Below are positions 54,168 to 64,000 of a DNA stretch of 64,000 nucleotides, piece by piece (within the stretch, counting starts at the first letter, position 1; each line of letters opens with the position of its first letter). This stretch comes from the human T2T-CHM13v2.0 reference genome, Homo sapiens. The translations under genes and the position numbers were made by a program. Location: assembly GCF_009914755.1 (NCBI RefSeq), contig NC_060934.1; one strand, written 5' to 3'. The notes under the pieces were generated by a model. It made no database searches. It was given only the letters and a program-made list of their open reading frames with translations, and was not told the DNA's origin.

Positions 54168-54760
54168 AGGTAAATTTCCCAACAGCAGAATGAGTTTATT
54201 TTGTGAAGTGAGGAGTCTCTGACTTTCTACATTTTCAAGGAAAGGCTGTTTGGTCATTTGGCAGAGGGATTCCTATTTGGGCAGGATACTGAAATACAGG
54301 TGACTTTGAATAATATGGGGCTTAAGGGTGTCGACTCTCCTCACCACAGTCAAAAATCTATTTATAATTTTGACTCCCTCAAAACTTAACTACTGATAGC
54401 CTCTTGTTGATTGGAAGTCTTACTGATAAGATAAACAGTCTATTAACATGTATTTTATATGTCATAAGTATTAATACTGTAGTCTTACAGTAAACTAGCA
54501 AAAGGAAAATGTTACTAAGAAAATTATAAGGAAGAGAAAATATGTTTACCATTCATTAAGTGAATGCAAGGGATCATCATAAAGGTTCACACTGAGGAGG
54601 AGGAGAAGGAAGAGGAGGAGGAGAAGAAGGAGTTGGTTTTGCTGTATTGGGGTGGCAGAGGCAGAAGGAAATCCACATACATCAGTGTACTCGCTCAATT
54701 CAACCCCTTGTTGTTCCAGGGTCAACTCTGTCACCATCAAGGTTCCTTCCAGACTATAAA
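54075..54760 (+). mobile_element. L3/CR1 3' fragment, split by Tigger2a
   Basis: ggcagattttgctcaaaatgaagaac...ttcaaggaaaggctg...aaggttccttccagact. Confidence 0.5.
54297..54728 (-). mobile_element. Tigger2a (MER28) MITE
   Basis: TIRs caggtgactttgaataa / ttgttccagggtcaactc; TA at 54295; collinear with both ends of the Tigger2 at 7607-10243. Confidence 0.9.
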
Positions 54761-57700
54761 ATGTCCCTATCTCTCTGATAAAAAAGAAGAAAATATACTC
54801 TGCTTGCAATTCCAGCACTCAGAGGTCCAAGCCTCTGGACTTCAAACAATGTGTTTCCAGATCCACGTGCCCAGAGACCTGACAGATGTTCCCATCCAAG
54901 AGGGCTTGACCCTCTTGAAAGAGGACCCCTTATGGATCCTACATGCCTTAAAGCAGAGAAGGCCAAATTATAGAGAAGAAAGATGAATCAGTGTGTCCTA
55001 TATTCTTCTGAGCTACAGGAGAATAAGGTTATTTAAATGCAAGATGCACAATTAAAATTAGCTGACATTCATTGAGTGTTTTTCTATTTACTGGCACTGT
55101 ACTGAAACTTAATTCTTGGCGGAGGCCCAAATGCAGATGCTAGCACTGCTGTAATTTACTAAGGCCGCAGAGTCAACTGCTGGGCCCAGATCCAGCTGAC
55201 ACTTGAGCACCTTCCGGTGGTAGGACCAGAGAGGGCAACACCACACAGCTTGGATTCTAGAACAGCGCAGACACTTGATTCAGCAGGCCCTGGATTTGGA
55301 AGTGCAGATTCGAAAAGTCACCTTAACTATCTCTCTCTGTCCCATGAGCCACGCCCTCTGCTCGGTTGCAGTTCCCTTGCAGTAACCACCTGCGATTCAC
55401 ATCTCTGTCCTTGGTATGCACCACAGGCCTCAGCCTTCTCAGCAAAGGGGAGAAGTCAGAAGGGGTTTCCAGTGACTTACTGCATGTGCCTAAGTCCAGT
55501 TTTGCATTTTGGAGCAGACAGTGCTGGAACAGAGATGGCGGGGAGAAGGGCTTCCTCTGCACTGAAATGGGCGTTTCCCCAGTGAAGAGGGCAAATGTGC
55601 ACCTCTGGTCTGGTGACTGTCCACACTGACTGCATGTGAAATTCACTGGGGTGAGCTTTTGAAGATATCCATTCCAGATCGCTCCTACGAGGTAGATTCC
55701 AAGCATGGTTATCTTTTTTATACCCATGCCAGAGACTTTTAAAGCACAGAACTACTGGAAGGCCAGCTGTACCAAGGAGAGCAGACTTCTAGCCCCGGCT
55801 CGCTTGCTTCAGCCCTGGAGCACATCTGACTTTGCATACAAAGAAGGAAGGAAGAACACACGAATCAAACAAATGAAAGAAAAAAGGTCGCATGATTTTA
55901 GCAAGTATCATTAACATTACTTGTTATGACTTCAAATTCAGGAAGAACTTTGATATTTACTGTTCTTTACTCACATTCCTATTATTAACAGAGTCTGTCT
56001 GGTCTTGGAACCCTAAACTGGCCAGCAATATTTAATTTCCTGTAAGATTTTTTTTAAAATTACTAGAGAAAAGCACAAAATTTAACATTCTCTTTAATAA
56101 TCTCAGTGGATCTTCAAGATGTCTGAATGTCAAATGCCTGTTGCAAACTGATATTCTTATCACTTTGGAGAAACAAACGTTCCCCTAAAGGAATAGGGTT
56201 TTGGCAGCTTTGACTTAATTATATTTTTCCACAAAATAAAAGTTAAGATGAATATGAGTGGGGATGCCTGAAATAAGTCAGAAACGAGAACTCTGGGGTC
56301 CTGGGGAGGCATTATGGTCATTTTTCTGTTGTTCACTTTCTCTGTGAACTTGTCCAAGCCACATGAACTCTTGGGACTTTAGACCCCTTTAAAAAACGAG
56401 GGAAATCTGGGAGGAGATGATGTCAGAACCTTCCAGCTTTGACATTATGAGATCATGAATCTCCATTTCTGAAGAACTCATGTGAGTAATCAGGGGCAAT
56501 ATTTGAGGCATGTTGCAAAGTAGGGGAAAAAACCCACTGGATTTGAAGACAAAATAACTGTTTCTGGCCATGGCTAGATGACCTTGAGCCAACATTTGCT
56601 TCTACTTCACACATTAATTCAATCATGTACATGAGGGTGTGTGAGAGTGAGAAACTGACTACGAGATTTTTTGAATCTTAAGTGAATATAGACTAGAAAT
56701 GCCATTAAGATATTGAAGTCACTCCCTGCTTCCTAAATGACCGTGTGGGAGTTTACTCCATTATTTGAGAAAGTCCTTGGTTTGGAACAAAACTAGAATT
56801 ATCCTTAACCTGAAAGCAGCTGTTTTGACAGAAAGGCTCAGGGCCCTATCTGGCAGAACAGATCAGATGCTGCATTTCTGTAAACCTTTTTGCTTTTTGG
56901 GGTGGGGAAATTATATATGTATTTTTATATGGATCTAGATGGTGCTGGATTATTGCTTATTTTTGGAGAGGGGCAAGCATGTGTATGTGTATGTGCAAGT
57001 GCTTGAGGAATCACATATTTATGTTTACATGGGCAGTCTCAGAAAACTCATGCAAATGAAGCTGCACGATGGGATGTCCATGCCAGGTCCCCACTCCCCG
57101 ATTACCCAAAGTGGAGGGCAGACCGTAAACAAGTGTGCAGGCTTGCCACGCTTCAGACTGGACTACTCTGTCTCCAGATAAAGGTGTTTTAACTCAGTTA
57201 TTCTTATACACTGTTTTAGGACTATTATGGTCTTAGTATAAAGTGTACCAGGTTACATTCCTGTGGTTAATAAAATAAGTTTCTCTTCCAAAGTGCAGAT
57301 ATTTCCCAGGCCAATCACCTTAACCAATCTGTGCTCCTTTGTCAAGGGCATAGGAGGCCATGCATATTTAATAGGAGAGACTTTAGACCATGATACCAAG
57401 GAAGGTACTTAGGAAGTGGCTGTAGCACCACAGAAGTCAGCTGGTACCAGAAAATCTAAAACTGAGCTCAGCCCTGTTATGCCTTATGTCAATACCAGCT
57501 GACTTCCTCAGGAGACCAAGACGCTGCCAGATGCATGGATAGACAACTTATTTTCTCCCAAGTCCAGCATGCCCACATGGAACCAGGTGAACCAGAGTTG
57601 GGGGTTTTGTTTTAAAATGCCTTTTCCTAAAGCTGTCCATGGCCAAAACTCCTCATTTGCCCTGTGCAAGAGGAGGCACGAATCCACAGGAAAGACTTGC

Positions 57701-58769
57701 ACAAACAGCGGGCCTGTACCTTCATCGTCCATGTCAGAAAATGGGCTGTGCTTCTCTCGTGCTCCCGGAGGCTGCTGAATTTAGGACCCTGGGGAAACAT
57801 GTTAAAAACCATCTCCTGAAGCCAATTTTCCTCCTGGAGTCTAGAGCATGGGAAACAACACAATTTGAAAAATGTGATTATTTTCAAACCTAGTTGGGTT
57901 ATCTCAGCCTTAATATAGAGATGATTTTTAAAACATCTGTGCTTCACATAGACAAAGCCAGAGAAAATATTCAACTAGAAGCTACATTCATTCCACATTT
58001 GCAACTAAAATGCTCTACTATTATGCTCCCTTGGGAAGAATCCATCCACGTGGCCACACGGGAGAGCTGAATAAAATCTATTGCACCTTCTTTTCCTATT
58101 ATGCACTTTATTTTCATTAAGTCTCCATATAACTCATGATTTGTTGAATGGCCTCCATAGTCCTGAAAAAGCAGACAGCACTGTGGTGTATTTTGTCCTC
58201 TTAGTCAGATAGATAAGGAAACTGAGACATACAGACTAACAATTACCTCTCTCAACATGATTCCAGTGATCTGAGGCAAAACCCTAAAGGAGCTTCTTGC
58301 TGTCAGGACAGTTGTTCCATCCATTTCAATGTCAAATGCAATCTCATGTTCCTGGAATCAAACAGTAGAGAACGTGGGTTCATACTACATAATAAATTTG
58401 TGAGTTTCCTAGCAGGGCCCTGGCTCAGCAGTTATGATTGAATGCGCATGTGCTTAAATGAGCTTAATGCAAAACCAGTTTTATTGCATGCATTAACCCT
58501 TGTCATAAATCTACATGAAACAGGTATTTTTTCAAAACCATCACAAAATGCAGGATCCAGTTGCTTAGAGACATTCCAACTGTGTTAAATATCCAGAGGA
58601 CAAAGTTCTGAGATGGCTCTCTCAAATCTTCACACACAACCAGCTGCCTATAATTTATAGAGTTTATTGGGGAATATTTCCACATAATTCATCAACTTTC
58701 TTTCATGGAACAGTTTCAAGAAGAAAGTTTATCAATATTCACATTTGCATTTAGTGCTAGAATAACAGT

Positions 58770-58955
58770 TGGTATGTACTCAGTACTTCCATTTTTTCAT
58801 TAATAACCTTATTTCTTCATCATGGCAACCATATGGGGGAGGGGGTAGGTTGCACTCAGGAAGTAATTTGCATAAGATCCTAGAGCTAGAGAAGCCAGGA
58901 TTTGAATCTAGACCTATCTGACTTACTTAAATTCTATACCTGCAGTCCTCAATAC
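58770..58955 (-). mobile_element. MIR SINE
   Basis: aagtaatttgcataagatc...agccaggatttgaatctagacctatctgact. Confidence 0.65.
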
Positions 58956-58957
58956 CA

Positions 58958-59035
58958 TAGCTACTGGCCCCATGGAGTTATTTACATTCAAATTTAACTA
59001 AAAATTCATTTTCTCAGCCATGCTAGCTACACTTT
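58958..59035. mobile_element. MER3/MER33-like hAT fragment
   Basis: ctactggccccatggagttattta...aaaattcattttctcagccatgctagctaca. Confidence 0.5.
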
Positions 59036-59679
59036 GGAAATAAATACATTAGCACATCCCAAATCCTTCCTGTCCTCTAAGGCAACATCCTCTATGATAT
59101 TTCCCCGAATTCCCCCCACTCTGACCAGATAAGGATAGAAGAGATGAGAAATGGACACTAATATGTATTGATCCAAGATGGGCACACACAATCTCCTTTA
59201 ATTTCTTCAACGGTGTCTATGAGTAATATTCTTATCCCCAATTACAATGAGAAAAAGAACTTGAGTTACTTGTACAAATTCCCAAACATACCCCAAAATA
59301 CCTCAGAGCACATTGAGTATTATTTCCTATCATAAAACCCAGTGTTCTTAATCCGTCCCACTTTTCAATGCACACAACTAGCATTCACTATGTGAGAGCT
59401 CATCCCAGGAGTTTGTGCAGGCTGATTGCTTAGAAATATAGGGGATAAATTTGCTTTTTCTTACCACTCAGGAAAGTACATTGAAACACTGATGAGTTGA
59501 AATACCATTACTATAGGATCCACTATGCTAATACGTTAAAAAGGTAAATTATTTATCAACTCTCTCTTATTTACTGTATGATCTGGACAAGGAGCCACAA
59601 ACTGAATGTCAAGAAAGATAGTGTAGGAAAGGAAGATGAAAGGCAGGAAAGGTAGATGAGTGTAAAAGACTGCTATGAG

Positions 59680-59845
59680 CAATTGCTCACAAGGACGAGC
59701 AGCACCTGGGAATGTGTTAGAAATACCAGTTCTCAAGCTCTGTCCCTGGCCTATTGAAACAAAAATCTGGGGTGGGATCCCACAATCTGTGTTTTAACAA
59801 GCTCTACAGGAAATTCTCATTGAAGCTGAAGTTCAAGATTCCCTG
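59680..59845 (+). mobile_element. MER5A (hAT-Charlie) MITE
   Basis: cacctgggaatgtgttagaaat...caatctgtgttttaacaagc. Confidence 0.8.
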
Positions 59846-60599
59846 ATAAGCAGTAGAAATTGGTAGACAGCATGATGAATGAATGCATACCTCATCCAAA
59901 GGGCTCAGCCCCCACGCTTCTTCGTCCACTTTTTGCTTTATTGGAATGAAGGTCTGGGGTTGCCACATCTTTTATGCCCCAAATGTCATCAACGTGTGTG
60001 TGTGTCACGGGGTGCCAGGGAGGGATAGCCACATGACTTAAGGTATATATTGTAACTTAATGATTCTGTGCTATTCTATTTAGTAAACTGAATGATACAT
60101 TTATGCTAGTGTTTATTTTCTCATTATCTCTAATATTTGAGGCATACCATCTTAATAGTATCACTGCAATTCTTAATCTCCTTAATAAATTACAGTTAGA
60201 TTCTATTCCAAATTTACTATTTTTTAGCACATTGTTTTCAAGACTTCAATAGTACCACTGGTTAATAAAATGACAAATGATATTGTTACAGGATATAGAA
60301 AATATTTCGTAGTGTAACAGTGAATGTTTAAATAAAAACACCAATATCCCTACAGTCTCTCACAGAAGTTCTGGGAAGTGATGTCCTGAAAGAGAATGAC
60401 GGGAATTTCTGTTTATCAGCTGAAGCCCCTATGCTATGAAATAACAAAGTAAAAAGATAGTCCTGTGTTTGGCCCTATGTTAACACCCCTATGTTAGAAA
60501 TTATTTATTTTTTGATGTTCATTAAGACTTTGGGGTTCTCGGTACTTTCAATGTTATACATAAACTGTAGCTTTATTAATATTTTTAGTAACATTGTTT

Positions 60600-61335
60600 C
60601 AAATTGGCCTAGTGATTGGACTGAATAAGAGTTTTCTTTTATAAAAATTTTATAAAGTGTTTCAGGCTTGCAAAACATGTAAAGATTAACAAAAATAAAC
60701 ATTTATATATTAATCATTCAGGTTAAAAAATAAAACTGCTATTATTATTGAGTCCTTTTGTGAAAACATCCTTGTCTTCTCCCAGAGGTGACTGCTGCTC
60801 TGAATATAGCATTTATCCTTCATTTTATTCTTTTACATTTTACCGCATATGTGTATTTGTCTCCAGAATGTATAATCTTGTTTCGTATATTTTTAAACAG
60901 AATCATTCTATACATACATTTTTGCAACCTGCTTTTATTACTCCCTAGAATGATTATGAGATTTATGGTTGTTGATAATCATAGATCTAAATCATTTGTT
61001 TTCATTGCTGGGAACCATTGTATTTAAGAGTCCACCAAAATTTAATTATAATTTATCTTGTTGATGTGCCAGTCTTTTTTGTTTCAATTAAATATGTATA
61101 CAGATGTTTTTCCAAGTTATGTAAACAGCAGAGGAATTGGTAAGCTGACAGCCATGAGTTAGCTTTCTCATTTATTAGATATTGCCATATTGTTTTCCAA
61201 ATTGTTATAATCGTTTATAGTTCTATATTAGGGTGTGACTGTTCCCTTCTACACTTATTTGCCAATACTTGGCATTGTCAGGCTTTGAAATATTTTTGTC
61301 ATTCTTATAGGTGTGAAATGGTGGGTTTTTAAAAT
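60600..61335 (-). mobile_element. L1ME-type 3' end
   Basis: tgccaatacttggcattgtcagg; ataggtgtgaaatggt. Confidence 0.7.
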
Positions 61336-62144
61336 AAACAATGCTATTCTTTACATTCAAGTGAAACTCCCATCTGGGGACTAAAGAATTTTACCATAAC
61401 AAACTTTGTAATAAAGTTAGTTTGGTGCTTTCTTACATGACATGATAGAAAAAATATTCCCTATTTTAGAAAAAACCTTAAGCTCTGTTATAATGCTACT
61501 TGCACAATAATCCAATATGTTCTACCTAAAAAATAAATATTATCCATTTTATGTTGAGTAACAAAACTTGTATATTTTTAAATATTTTAATTCTCTGAAT
61601 ATTTTATTCTCTGCTGGTGATCTAAGAGCTTAGAAAAGTAAGCCCTATAGTAAAACAGAAAAGCTGCATTTATCTTAAGAAAGGAAGAGAAAAAGCAGTT
61701 TATTTTCCCTCATGGGAGTCCTTTCCCAATCATTGCCATTTCAGACCTGCTCATAGATGGCTTTATGGTAAAGTGGCCTTTTCTTTCCACCCTCTTTTCT
61801 TAAAGCACCGGGAAAGGACAGATCAATGGCAAATACCCAATAAAAAACACACAATGCTTTAGTACACCTCATCTTGCCTAACCTAGGGCAAAGAAAAGGG
61901 AATAGAAGTAGGTAAATACCCTTGAAAAGGATTCCCACAGAATGTTCCTTTATATAAAGTTCAACACTGCAGTTTGTGATTCATGAGAAACCGCCTGCTA
62001 CACCCACAAAAGGATGGAGGAATTGCAGTAGGATTGGTCTGGAAGGCATTAGCCACCCCTGGTGGATGCCACTACCATAGGCAGGGAGAGGGCCTCCTTT
62101 CAGGAGTGCTGAGGAGGGTCCTGGGCGTACCTGGAGGGAGTGTT

Positions 62145-63890
<1,746 letters not shown>

Positions 63891-64000
63891 CTGTTTTCAA
63901 TTACAACATAGGCAAATTTACTAAATTTCCCTTGATGGCTTGTAACTTCGTGGTTTTCTAAAAGAAATCCTTCCCCCTCTACCTCAGGTGTTAAATATAG

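Noticed and set aside
51195-55727. Longer ORFs (140, 187, 140, 134 aa)
   Set aside because: No recognisable domains or exon structure; one derives from the Tigger2a GAG-rich tract; lengths are compatible with chance

Overview
This is primate (human-like) AT-rich intronic or intergenic DNA, dominated by nested transposable-element fossils: old L1M/L1ME fragments, a 5'-truncated L1PA8-like copy, a nearly end-to-end L1MA-type element, Alus and a FLAM, a near-full-length Tigger2 plus MITEs (Tigger2a, Tigger3a, MER45A, MER104, MER5A), ERV1/ERVL/MaLR solo LTRs, MIR, L2 and CR1. I find no intact host protein-coding gene, RNA gene, CpG island or CRISPR array. The only ORFs with recognisable homology are broken L1 ORF1/ORF2 and Tigger2 transposase. 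The best-supported unusual observation is an L1PA8 insertion carrying about 190 bp of non-L1 sequence between its own tail and the downstream target-site duplication (3' transduction). Weaker leads include an inverted (twin-priming-like) old L1, a strand-skewed C-rich motif/spacer array, a 72-nt exon-like unit, a poly(A)-tailed micro-insertion and a candidate minus-strand promoter/first exon. Subfamily names come from recalled consensus sequences rather than a database search, and boundaries of the old elements are approximate. I do not see convincing evidence of a new biological system.
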